The notes under the pieces are model-generated. The model did no database searches. It had not been told where the DNA came from and saw nothing but the letters and a program-made list of their open reading frames with translations. A stretch of 64,000 nucleotides of DNA, taken from assembly GCA_963788385.1 (NCBI GenBank), contig CAWBGR010000012.1, positions 24,843 to 88,842 on the forward strand. Reading direction: 5' to 3'. Of the stretch, positions 9,684 to 19,025 are shown piece by piece (the first letter of the stretch is position 1; every line of letters begins with the position of its first letter). Source of the stretch: an uncultured Solirubrobacterales bacterium (GTDB taxonomy: Bacteria; Actinomycetota; Thermoleophilia; Solirubrobacterales; Solirubrobacteraceae). The position numbers and the translations under genes are program-made.

Positions 9684-10568
9684 CTATGCGTGCAGCGTCG
9701 CGGCCGCCGTCGCACGCGGCAGCGACGCCGCGAAAAGCGCCTGGGCGCGGCGCGTGAGCGGACCGGGCGCCGCGAGCCGGCGGCCGTCGAAGGTCGCGAC
9801 CGGGACAACCTCGGCGCCGGTCCCTGTGAGAAACGCCTCATCGGCAGTCCAGGCGTCGGCGCTCACGAGCGTGCGCTCCTGCACGGGGATGCCGTCGCCG
9901 CGGAGCAGGTCAATCACGTGCTCTCGCGTGATGCCCTCCAGCGCGCCGGCTGACACCGGCGGTGTTCGGACCACCCCACCGCGGACGAGGAACACGTTGT
10001 CGGCCGTGCATTCAGCGATCTCGCCGGCGCCATTGAGCAGCAGGGCCTCGTGCGCGCCGCGGGCGCGAGCCTCGGCGGCCGCCAGCACCGAGGTTAGGTA
10101 GTTCAGCGACTTGATCTGCGGCGGCACGCTGTCTGGCGCTGCGCGGCGCAGGCTTGAGGTGACCACGTCCACACCGCGCTCATAGAGCTCGGGCGGATAG
10201 AGCTGGAGCGAGGCCGCGATCAAGATCGTTGTCGGGCGCTCGCAGGTGTGTGCCGAGACTCCGAGCATGCCGCGCCCCCGCGTGACGATCAGGCGCAGGT
10301 AGCCGTCTGGCTCGCCGAATCGAGCGATCGCGTCCGAGCACAACTCGGTGAGCTCTCGGTCGCCGTGAGGAACATCGATCATCAGACACCCCGCCGACGC
10401 GCGCAGCCGGCTCAGGTGAGCCCCGAGCAGGAACGGCGTCGCGGCGTAGAAGCGGATGCCCTCGAACACGCCATCGCCGTAAAGCAAGCCGTGGTCGAGC
10501 ACGGAAACACTCGCGTTCGCGGCGTCGTCATGCCAGACACCGTCGACCCAGGCTATCGGCTGGCTCAT
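9684..10568 (-). CDS. fold-type IV (class IV) aminotransferase, branched-chain / D-amino-acid aminotransferase-like
   Basis: VSVLDHGLLYGDGVFEGIRFY at the N-terminus. IKSLNYL (PLP Lys region). ECTADNVFLVRGGVVRTPP...LEGITR motif. Confidence 0.85.
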   Translation of the reverse strand: MSQPIAWVDGVWHDDAANASVSVLDHGLLYGDGVFEGIRFYAATPFLLGAHLSRLRASAGCLMIDVPHGDRELTELCSDAIARFGEPDGYLRLIVTRGRGMLGVSAHTCERPTTILIAASLQLYPPELYERGVDVVTSSLRRAAPDSVPPQIKSLNYLTSVLAAAEARARGAHEALLLNGAGEIAECTADNVFLVRGGVVRTPPVSAGALEGITREHVIDLLRGDGIPVQERTLVSADAWTADEAFLTGTGAEVVPVATFDGRRLAAPGPLTRRAQALFAASLPRATAAATLHA

Positions 10569-10569
10569 T

Positions 10570-10590
10570 GTGCGAACTTACTGTTCACAC
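10570..10590. promoter_or_regulatory. imperfect inverted repeat in the 60-bp divergent tetR/aminotransferase intergenic region (candidate TetR operator)
   Basis: GTGCGAAC-ttact-GTTCACAC: 7 of 8 arm positions are complementary, in the only AT-richer stretch between start codons 10568 (-) and 10629 (+). Confidence 0.3.
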
Positions 10591-10628
10591 AGTTAGTTGT
10601 CAAGGCGAGCCGCTAGGCTTGGGACACC

Positions 10629-11300
10629 ATGCCTGCGCAAGCGCTCCAATCGCAGGGAATCCGCCATCGCGACGCGGCCGCCTCGCGCCAGGCAATCCTC
10701 GACGCCGCAGAGCAGCTGTTCGCGCAGCGAGGATACGAGCGCACGAGCCTGCACGAAATCGGGCGGCTTGCCGGTGTGTCGGCCGCGCTGCCGGCGTATT
10801 TCTTCGGCGGCAAGCAGGCGCTCTACGAGGCGGTGCTGGAGCGTCTGCTGCTCGAGCGCGAGCGGCGCCTCGAGCCGATCGCAACGCTGGCTGCGCAGGA
10901 GCTCGAGCGAAGCGGCCGGCTGCGACCCGCGCTCGAGCTGCTGATCGACGGCTACATCGACTTTCTGCGCGAGCGCACGACGCTCGTGCGCCTGATGGGC
11001 CGCGAGGCGCTGGGAGCCGGCCGCCACCTCGCTCCCGGGCCGCGTCATTCCGTCGCGGTGGCGAGCGGGCTAGCTCGTTTCATTCGCTCGCTGCCACCGC
11101 CGCCCGGTCCCTCCGTCGACCCCGAGCAGCTGCTCATCTCAGTCGTTGCTTTGTGCTTCTTTCCGATCGAGCACAACGACACGATGCTCGCAGCGATGGG
11201 ACTGGACGCGACCGGCGAGGAGTTCGCGGCCGCACGCAAGCGCCACGTCGTCGACGTGCTCGAGCGCGTTCTGAGCGGCGGCGCCGCCGAGCGGCAATAA
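10629..11300 (+). CDS. TetR/AcrR family transcriptional regulator
   Basis: N-terminal HTH: SRQAILDAAEQLFAQRGYERTSLHEIGRLAGVSAALPAYFFGGKQALYEAVL. Divergent from the aminotransferase-hyuAB operon. Confidence 0.9.
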   Translation: MPAQALQSQGIRHRDAAASRQAILDAAEQLFAQRGYERTSLHEIGRLAGVSAALPAYFFGGKQALYEAVLERLLLERERRLEPIATLAAQELERSGRLRPALELLIDGYIDFLRERTTLVRLMGREALGAGRHLAPGPRHSVAVASGLARFIRSLPPPPGPSVDPEQLLISVVALCFFPIEHNDTMLAAMGLDATGEEFAAARKRHVVDVLERVLSGGAAERQ

Positions 11301-11503
11301 CGCTAGCGGCGACGCGCGCGCCAGCGCACGATCATCCGCCACAGACGCCGAAGCATTCGAGTCCAGTCACCCATCGGCGTCGAGTCTCGCACACGCTCAG
11401 GGCAGCTCGACGTGGGCCGCTCGCAGCGAGACGGTGCGCCGCTGAGCGACGACCGCCGGTAGAGGCCGGCCGGGAGCGTGCGCCGTGCGTCCACGGCGCC
11501 GGC

Positions 11504-12667
11504 TCACGTCCCGATCGCGAGGCCCAGCAGGAAGGTCACACCGCCGACGATGGCGCCGGCGGCAGTCATCTCAATTCCCGCAGACCAGGCTGTGCGCAGA
11601 GTGAACAGCGACTTCGCGGCGCCGACGGCGAAGTGCGCGACGAGCGAAACCGACGCGGCGACGATCACGCCGGCCGTGCCGTGCAGAAAGAAGAACGGGA
11701 TCACCGGCACCATCGCGCCGACGGCCGTCGAGAGCCCGCCGGCGAGCGCGGCCTGCACAGCGTCCCCACGCTCGGCGTCTGCGCTGCCGAACTCCTCGAT
11801 CGCCACCGCCCTGAACAGCTGTTCGGGATCCTCGGCGATACGCGCGACCACCATGTCCGCCTCGGCCACCGTCAGGCCCTTGAGCTGGTAGAAGAGGGAA
11901 AGCTCCTCCTTCTCCTCCTCAGGGTGAGTGCGCACCTCCTCGCGCTCGCGCGCGAGATTGGCAGCCGCAACCTCGGCGACGGACCGTTCAGCGAGGTAGG
12001 CACCCGTCGCCATCGAGAGTGCCGAGCCGATCGCCCCGAACAACCCCGCCGTCAGCACGAGGTGCGACCCGCCGGTGGCCCCGGAGAAGCCGGCGACCAG
12101 GCCGAACACCGCGGCCAGCCCGTCGTTGGCGCCGTAGATGACACCCGAGATCCAGCCGCCGGAGGCGCGGTGCCAGCGCTCGCGACCGAGGATCCGCGTC
12201 AGACGAACCTGAGGGCCGTCGCTGGCGGGCCCGGAACGGTCGCTCACCGGCAGCGCACCTGAGCGCAACTGCCCGAGCGCGACCGTGTGCTGCTCCTCCT
12301 CGTCGCGGATCTGCTCGAGCAGGCGGTCGGTGTCGGGATCGCCCGTGGGGCGCTCCTGGATCTCGCTGGCGATATCCGCCTCCATTGCCTCTTGGCGCGC
12401 GAGCAGGCGGTCGACCGGCGCGACGCGCGCCTGCAGGCGCCGCCAGGCGGAAAGCTTGACGGCGGCCTCGTCGGGGATCTGGATCCCGAGTTCCGTCATC
12501 CGCCGCTCGAGCCGGTCGCGGTGGGATCGCTCAACCTCGGCAAGCCGATTGAGCACGGCGGCGCGACGAGGATCTGACTCCCGCGCCGCGATCAGCCCAT
12601 AGACGATGGTCGCCTGGACCTCATCGGTCCAGGCGTCGATCAGGCGCCCGCTGACATCTGTCCCCAC
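11504..12667 (-). CDS. ferritin-like (rubrerythrin/ERM-type) domain fused to VIT1/CCC1 iron transporter
   Basis: N-terminal four-helix-type segment with E..H pairs (EVERSHRDRLERR, DEEEQH). C-terminal VIT1 membrane domain (GANDGLAAVFGLVAGFSGA...; terminal TM helices). Confidence 0.85.
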   Translation of the reverse strand: MGTDVSGRLIDAWTDEVQATIVYGLIAARESDPRRAAVLNRLAEVERSHRDRLERRMTELGIQIPDEAAVKLSAWRRLQARVAPVDRLLARQEAMEADIASEIQERPTGDPDTDRLLEQIRDEEEQHTVALGQLRSGALPVSDRSGPASDGPQVRLTRILGRERWHRASGGWISGVIYGANDGLAAVFGLVAGFSGATGGSHLVLTAGLFGAIGSALSMATGAYLAERSVAEVAAANLAREREEVRTHPEEEKEELSLFYQLKGLTVAEADMVVARIAEDPEQLFRAVAIEEFGSADAERGDAVQAALAGGLSTAVGAMVPVIPFFFLHGTAGVIVAASVSLVAHFAVGAAKSLFTLRTAWSAGIEMTAAGAIVGGVTFLLGLAIGT

Positions 12668-12670
12668 CGC

Positions 12671-14798
12671 TCAGAGAGCGTAGTGCACCCTGGGATGGGC
12701 GCGCAGGAACTCCCGCGCGCTGCGATAGGGATGGCGCAGCTCCGTCGCCTTGCCGCGGCAGTCGACCAGGTAGTTGCCGGTACTGGTTATGCCGCCGGCC
12801 CACACGCTCGCCGGAACCTCGGGACAGACCAGGCGCGCGGCGGTCGAGGCGCCGTTTCCGCCGCGCGTCGAGTAGATCCCCGAGACGAGCATGTAGCGGG
12901 CCTTGTCTTCTGACACGAGTGTGGCCAGCTGATCGCCACTGAGCGCCGGATCGGTCGTGTTGTAGCCGCCTTCGGCGGAGGCCGCGACGCCGAGCAGGAT
13001 CAGTGGCGAGGCCTGATCGGATGAAACGGTGAGGAGCGCGTAGGGCCGGGTTTCGCCCTGGCTGTGCAGGAAGGCGACCAATGCGAGATCAGCCGACAGG
13101 CCGGCGGCGGTGAGGCCGTATCCGCCGTGACCCGGATAGCTGTAGGGACCCGCGACCGGGAACGTTCCGCTGACCGGGGCCAGCCAGACACTGAAGGAGT
13201 AGACCATCGGCGCGACCAGCAGCGCGCCCACAGCGACGCCGAGCGCCCAGCCGGCCCGCGCGCGAACGGCCGCGATCACGATCAGCGCGACCACGCACGC
13301 CACGACCAGCGGCACGCGCCACCACAGCGGATCGCCCTCCCGCGCGATCAACACCAGCTGCGCCGCCGCCGTGCAGGCGATCGCCGCCACCGCGAGCAGG
13401 TACCCACCCAGCGCCCAGCGCGGTCGCTCGCTGCGCACGAGCGAGCCGATCGCCACCGCACCGCCGCCGGCCATCGCCGCAAGGCCCGGACCCAGCGCCG
13501 AGGAGTAGTAGGGATGCACGATCCCGGCGGAGAAATCCAGTGCCAGAAGCTCAACCAGGAACCAGCCGCCGAGCACGAAGAGTCCCGCCAGGCGCCGGTC
13601 ACCGCTGCGACCGCGCAACACGAGGCCCAGACCGAGCATGCCTATCAGCGCGAGCGGCACGAGCCAGCCCGCCTGGCCGCCCATGCCTTCGCCGAATATC
13701 CGCAGCGGGCCGCGCGGGCCGCCGAACGGCACCGGCGAGACCGCGCGCCGGCGTCCCTTCTTGTGCGACACGGGAGGGTTGTGCACCACCACCGGCCGGT
13801 GTGTCGCGATGTAGTGGCGCTCGGAGGATGTCAGCGGGACGTTCACGCCGCGACGCACGAGCGGCCGCGTCTGCGCCCTCGTGAGATAGGTCTTTGTCGA
13901 CCCGGGCCCGCCCTGCTGGCCGCCGACCCGCCCGAACCCGTTGTAGCCGAACTCCAGCTGAAACTCGGAGTTGTGCGGACGCTGCCGCCGACGTAACGGC
14001 CGCTGGGAGGCGGGGGTCAGACTGGACCGCCAGCGACCACGAGACCGCGACGGCGACGAACACCACCCCCGCCACCGCCAGCTGCCCGAGCCGCCGCCGC
14101 CACGACCCCGGCGCACACACCAGATAGCCAACCGCGATCCCCGGCACCACCAGCAACGCCGCCAGCGACTTCGTATTGAACGCCAGCCCCACCAGCACCC
14201 CACACCACACAAGCGTCCGAAAGCGCCCCGAATCAATCGCCGCCAACCCCGCCCCACACGCACCAAGCATCAACAGAATCAGCAACGGATCGACCGCGTT
14301 CTCACGCGACACCGCCACAAACGACGGAAACACCGCCAACGCCAACGCCGCCACAAGCCCCGCCACACGCCCGAACCGCGGCGCAACGATCCAATACAAC
14401 AACGCCACCGCCAACACCGCACAGATCCCCTCCGGCACAATCAAGCTCAGCGGCGCAAACCCGAACAACTTCGCGCTCAACGCCTGCAACCACAACGCCA
14501 GCGGCGGCTTGTCAACCGTGATCAGACCGTTTGGATCGGCCGCAACGAAGAAGAAGTTGTGCCACGAGCGCAGCATCGACTTCACCGCCGCCGAGTAAAA
14601 CGTGTTCGCGTAGCCGTTCTGGCCGAGCTTCACGAACTCCAGCAACCCGCTCAATACGAGAATCGCCGCCAGGCACAAACGCGCAACCCGCGCGCCGATC
14701 GCCTCAGCGGCGGCTGGAAGCAGCGGGGGCCGCGCCGGCTGGGCGACTCGAGGAGTGGTCGTTGCCAAGGTCTGAAGGAGGGGACTGGCGGCGGGCAC
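12671..14798 (-). pseudogene. glycosyltransferase family 39 (PMT/ArnT-like) gene with a broken reading frame near 14,020-14,024. N-terminal fragment = ORF 13599..14798 (meaningful down to ~14,020); C-terminal fragment = ORF 12671..14266 (meaningful from ~14,020)
   Basis: Frame A reads the GT39 N-domain (NTFYSAAVKSMLRSWHNFFFVAADPNGLITVDKPPLALW... to ...AVSWSLAV). The family-typical continuation LTPASQRP...NSEFQLEFGYNGFGRVGG and the C-terminal TM/periplasmic region are in frame B. A third frame reads YVGGS at 13981-13995. It could also be two separately called CDSs or a sequencing error. Confidence 0.6.
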
Positions 14799-14917
14799 GC
14801 GCCAAGCGGCCCGCGCTGGCGTCAGAGGCTATCCGCCCTACGCCGCGCGAACGCTTAAGACCCGGTTAGCCGACGGTCAGGTCCGAAGCGGCGACCGGGC
14901 ATCCGGCTCGCCGGCGC

Positions 14918-15331
14918 TCATGTGTCGCCGTCCTGAAAGCGGGCGACGCTGAAGCCCAGCAGGAGCGGGATATCCACCGCGAACACCGCGAGCATCAGGC
15001 TCAGGATCAGGAGCTGGGTGCCGCGCGTATGGTCGTAGATGAAGACGTACTCGAGCATCCCTGCGATCACCACGTAGGCCAGAAACACCCAGCCGCTGAC
15101 GAGCCGGAACGCACCCCAGGCAAAGTTGTCAATGCGCGCGAGCAGACCGATGTCGACCGCCAGCAGCACGGCGGCCGCTGCCAGCAGCGCGATCGCCGGC
15201 CCCTGCGGCACGTGGCGCGGCAGGTGGGCAGCGGTGTAGATGCCGCCGGTCACGATCAGCGCGAGAACCGCTACGGCGATCTGCTGGACAGGCGGTAGCC
15301 GGCGCTCCTGCACCGGTGCGTGGGCCTCCAT
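14918..15331 (-). CDS. integral membrane protein, unknown function (137 aa, ~4 TM)
   Basis: Hydrophobic helices throughout. Starts 4 nt after the stop of the upstream membrane-protein gene on the same strand. Confidence 0.55.
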   Translation of the reverse strand: MEAHAPVQERRLPPVQQIAVAVLALIVTGGIYTAAHLPRHVPQGPAIALLAAAAVLLAVDIGLLARIDNFAWGAFRLVSGWVFLAYVVIAGMLEYVFIYDHTRGTQLLILSLMLAVFAVDIPLLLGFSVARFQDGDT

Positions 15332-15334
15332 CGC

Positions 15335-15934
15335 TCAGCTGCTCGCAAGCTTGGTCATGATCACCAGTGTCGCGATCTGCATCAGTCCGGTTATCCCGGC
15401 TGTGAAGATGAAGACCTTCATCAGCCGGCCGATCCGGGCGCCATTGGGATTTGGCTTGCGCAGCTCGAACAGCACCGCGATGTTGGCCGGCTCGAGCAGC
15501 CCGAGCGCGATCGTGGCCATCACGCCGACGACGATGTAGGACGCCACGATCCAGGGATGGTGTGGCGAATTGGGGGCGAGGTTGCCGAGCTTGCGCGCCA
15601 GCTGGAACCCGGACCCGAGCGTCATCGTCACGAGGGTCGGCATGATCAGCAGCATCTTCGGCATCACGCGGCTCGAGAATTCCATCCGCGCCGGAATCGA
15701 CATCGTGCCGATGATCGGGCCGAGAACGAGACCGAAGAAGAGGTCGATACCGGTCCACAGGCCGCCGCCGGCTACGTGGTAGAAGTCAAGCGCCCACTGG
15801 CTGTTCGTGGCGATCGCGACGACCAGGCCGACGACGACGACGGCGACGACCGGCAAGCCCCTGGTCGGCACGATCGCGAGCGACCGCCGTGACGGGGCGA
15901 GGGTTGCGGGGAGGGGTTCGGCAACGCTTGCCAT
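15335..15934 (-). CDS. integral membrane protein, unknown function (199 aa)
   Basis: Five or six predicted TM helices with coding-like GC3. Forms a pair with 14918..15331. Confidence 0.6.
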   Translation of the reverse strand: MASVAEPLPATLAPSRRSLAIVPTRGLPVVAVVVVGLVVAIATNSQWALDFYHVAGGGLWTGIDLFFGLVLGPIIGTMSIPARMEFSSRVMPKMLLIMPTLVTMTLGSGFQLARKLGNLAPNSPHHPWIVASYIVVGVMATIALGLLEPANIAVLFELRKPNPNGARIGRLMKVFIFTAGITGLMQIATLVIMTKLASS

Positions 15935-16061
15935 CGCTTGCGGTTCTCCTCGGTAGGACTATCGCGACCGGCTCGCGCGAACACGCGAAAGATAGCTTGC
16001 GCGCAGCACTTTTCAAGCCGCCGCTCAGCACGGGTCGCAACTCGTTACGCATACTTGGCGC

Positions 16062-17948
16062 GTGAGACCGCAAAGCCCAACCCAGGGGCGAGCCCCGGCG
16101 CCGCGCCTGCGGCGCATGCCGGGCATCGACGGCCTACGCGCCGTCGCCGTCGCCGCGGTTTTCCTCTACCACGCAGGCGTCTCCTGGCTGCCCGGCGGCT
16201 TCCTTGGCGTGGATGTGTTCTTCGTGATCAGCGGGTACCTCATCACCTCGCTGCTCATCGCCGAATTCGATCACAGTGGCCGCATCGCGCTGGCCCGGTT
16301 CTGGGCCGCCCGGGCTCGGCGCCTGTTGCCCGCGCTGTTCGTGCTGCTCGCCGTCTGCCTGCTGATCGGCGCGACGCTCCAGCGCGGCAAGCTCGTCGGC
16401 CTGCGCGGCGACGCGCTGGCGTCGATCTTCTACGTCGCGAACTGGCGCTTCATCTTTGAGCACGAGAGCTACTTCGCCCAGTTCGGACGTCCTGGACTGC
16501 TGAGGCACCTTTGGTCGCTGGCGGTCGAGGAGCAGTTCTACCTCGTGTGGCCGCCGCTGTTCATGCTCGCGATCAAGTTGCGCGGTCGCCGGTGGTTGCC
16601 AGCGCTCGTCGCGATGGGCGCCGTCGGCTCGACGGCGCTGATGTGGGCTCTTTACGTGCCGGGCTCAGACACCTCGAGGATCTTCTACGGCACCGATACG
16701 CGTGCTGCGCCGCTGCTCGTCGGCGTGCTGCTGGCGTTCGTCTGGAAGCCGTCGGCCATGCCGGCCTGGTCAGGCCTGGGGGCCCGGCGAGTACTCGACG
16801 CCGTGTCGCTCGTTGCACTCGCGGCTGTCATCTATGAGTTCGCAGCGGTGCACGACTACGACCAGAGCCTCTACCGGGGCGGCTTTCTCGTCCTCGCGCT
16901 ATGCGCCGCTGTGATGCTGGCGACGGTCGCGCACCCGGCAGGCATGCTCGGGCACCAGCTCGGCCGGGCCGTCCCCCGCTGGATCGGCGAGCGCAGCTAT
17001 GGGATCTACCTGTGGCACTGGCCGATCCTGGTGTTCACCCGGCCGGGCATCGACGTGCACCTGGCTCGCGGCGTGTTGATCCCGGCCCAGGCCGCAGGCA
17101 CAGTCCTTGCGGCGGCGATCTCCTACCGCTACGTCGAGCTTCCGGTCCGCACCGGCGCTCTGCGGCGCCTGCGTCCCCGCAGGCCCCGGATTCTCGCCCA
17201 GCCACGAACCCCGTTCGCGTTCGCGGCCGCCGCCGTGTCGGTGCTGCTCGCGCTTGTCGCGCTGACCCCGCAGGGCATCGCGGCGCTGCCGCCAGGCTTC
17301 TCGCGCGCGGCCCTTTCCGGCTCGGCCCGGGCCGCCAAACAGCTCGTATTGCCGGCGGACTCCGCCGGCCGCCTTCCGGCCGCGACCCGACCTTCACGCG
17401 ACTCGGGCAAGCGCCGAAAGCAGCAGAGCAGGCGCCACCGCACCGTCGCTGCGATCCCGCGCTCCGGGCCGATCCTCGCCGTCGGGGATTCGGTCATGCT
17501 CGGTGCGTCAGCCGCGCTGGAGTCGGCACTCGGTTCGCAGCTGCACATCGACGCCGTCGTTTCGCGTCAACCCGAGCAGACGATTGCTCGGCTCTTCGCC
17601 TACCGCGCGGCGGACTCGCTGCCGCGCCGGGTGATTGTTCACATCGGCGACAACGGGCCTGTGTACTACGCCGACCTGCAGCGCCTGAAGCAGGCTCTCG
17701 CCGGCGTCCCGCTGGTCGTCATCGTCAACGTCAGGGTGAACACCAGCTGGCAGGGCGAGGTGAACAGCGAGCTGGCGCAGGCCGTCGAGGGCTGGCACGA
17801 AGCGACGCTCGCCGACTGGTACGACGCGAGCGCGGCCGCGGGGACCCTGGCCGACGGCACGCACACCACACCGGCCGGCGCCCAGCGGTTCGCAGCCGTA
17901 ATCGCCCGCGCCGTGCACGATCCGCACCTCGGCGGCGTGACGCACTGA
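16062..17948 (+). CDS. acyltransferase family 3 membrane protein with C-terminal SGNH/GDSL-like domain (OafA/YrhL-type O-acyltransferase)
   Basis: MPGIDGLRAVAVAAVFLYHA...GGFLGVDVFFVISGYLIT (AT3 N-terminus). About 10 TM helices. C-terminal soluble domain ILAVGDSVMLG...HIGDNG. The start may be the internal ATG at 16116. Confidence 0.85.
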   Translation: MRPQSPTQGRAPAPRLRRMPGIDGLRAVAVAAVFLYHAGVSWLPGGFLGVDVFFVISGYLITSLLIAEFDHSGRIALARFWAARARRLLPALFVLLAVCLLIGATLQRGKLVGLRGDALASIFYVANWRFIFEHESYFAQFGRPGLLRHLWSLAVEEQFYLVWPPLFMLAIKLRGRRWLPALVAMGAVGSTALMWALYVPGSDTSRIFYGTDTRAAPLLVGVLLAFVWKPSAMPAWSGLGARRVLDAVSLVALAAVIYEFAAVHDYDQSLYRGGFLVLALCAAVMLATVAHPAGMLGHQLGRAVPRWIGERSYGIYLWHWPILVFTRPGIDVHLARGVLIPAQAAGTVLAAAISYRYVELPVRTGALRRLRPRRPRILAQPRTPFAFAAAAVSVLLALVALTPQGIAALPPGFSRAALSGSARAAKQLVLPADSAGRLPAATRPSRDSGKRRKQQSRRHRTVAAIPRSGPILAVGDSVMLGASAALESALGSQLHIDAVVSRQPEQTIARLFAYRAADSLPRRVIVHIGDNGPVYYADLQRLKQALAGVPLVVIVNVRVNTSWQGEVNSELAQAVEGWHEATLADWYDASAAAGTLADGTHTTPAGAQRFAAVIARAVHDPHLGGVTH

Positions 17949-17983
17949 GCGCCCGCTCCACGGCGCACGCGCCGCCGCGGCGC

Positions 17984-18976
17984 CTACCCAGGCGGCGCGA
18001 TCAGCAGGTAAACCCTGGCCGGAGGCGTGGGTGCGAAGGTGAACACCGACCACAGCCGGTCCTCATAGCTCACCGTTCCGTGGCTTGGCAGCACGATCGG
18101 TCCGGGCCCGCCGCTGCCGGCGATCACTCGCTGGCCGATGCGCACGACCACTACAGCCCCGGTCTCGGAGTTCACCACCTGGACGAAGTTGGGGTAATTG
18201 GCCGCCAGCGGATGGAAGCGCAGCGCGAGACGCTCCGCCACACGCCCGATCTCGCTGACGTCAACCGCCGCGCAGCTCTCGCCGGCCAACGCCGCCGTGG
18301 GCGCCGGCACGGCGATCACCGCGTCGAGCGTGCCGGTCGGAAAGGCATCGTAGGTCAGTGCGGTCGAGGCGTAGCGGACGCCGCCGAGCGCCAGCGAAGG
18401 GCCGGACGGCTCCGCCCGCGGGAATGCCGCACCGAGCTGCGCCACGCGAGCGCCGCCGACGTAGATGGCGATCGGATCGCCGAGAGCTCGCGACTCGAGC
18501 TTGGTGAAGCCAACGTCGTCCTGGACCGACATGACGAAGGTGCCGATCTGCGCGCCGGTGGGCGAGCGCAGAACGCCGTCAACCGGAGCGATCACGTATG
18601 GGCCGCCGACATCCGCCAGCAAACGGCCGGCGGCGTCGTAAACGCGCAGGCGCACGATGTGCCAGAAGTGGTGGTAGACGATCCGTGCCACGGCCTTGGC
18701 GGTCGCGGCGACGTTGTCGGCCGCGACGGCGGCAATCAGGTCCGGCGCGGTGGTGATGTGGCCGAGGTCGGTCTGCGTCTCGGTGCCACCCAGCTCGCCG
18801 CGATAGATGTTGTTCGCCACCATCGCGTCGATTGCCGCGAGCGTCGAGGTGGTCGATCCGGCGCACGCGACAGCCACCTGGGCCGACGCCGCGGGCAGGG
18901 CGCCGGCGAGCGCGGCCGCCGCCAACAGCCCACACAGGGCGCCGACCCGCCGACGGTCACCAGTCGAGCGAAACAC
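17984..18976 (-). CDS. secreted protein of unknown function
   Basis: Signal peptide RRRVGALCGLLAAAALAGALPAASAQ. GTG start at 18976 chosen because the longest ORF (to 19054) overlaps the upstream GT39 gene. Confidence 0.6.
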   Translation of the reverse strand: MFRSTGDRRRVGALCGLLAAAALAGALPAASAQVAVACAGSTTSTLAAIDAMVANNIYRGELGGTETQTDLGHITTAPDLIAAVAADNVAATAKAVARIVYHHFWHIVRLRVYDAAGRLLADVGGPYVIAPVDGVLRSPTGAQIGTFVMSVQDDVGFTKLESRALGDPIAIYVGGARVAQLGAAFPRAEPSGPSLALGGVRYASTALTYDAFPTGTLDAVIAVPAPTAALAGESCAAVDVSEIGRVAERLALRFHPLAANYPNFVQVVNSETGAVVVVRIGQRVIAGSGGPGPIVLPSHGTVSYEDRLWSVFTFAPTPPARVYLLIAPPG

Positions 18977-19025
18977 GCCGCTATTTTCCCGTTTCCGCGG
19001 TCCGGCGTGCGCCGTGGTCACCCGG

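Noticed and set aside
10568-12262. 564-aa ORF on the plus strand
   Set aside because: Extremely Arg/Ala-rich. It overlaps the TetR gene in another frame and runs antisense through the VIT1 gene. High-GC artefact.
13971-14858. 295-aa His/Arg/Gln/Pro-rich ORF on the plus strand
   Set aside because: It is a by-product of the strong C/A bias of the plus strand opposite the GT39 N-terminal segment. The sequence is low-complexity with no plausible fold.
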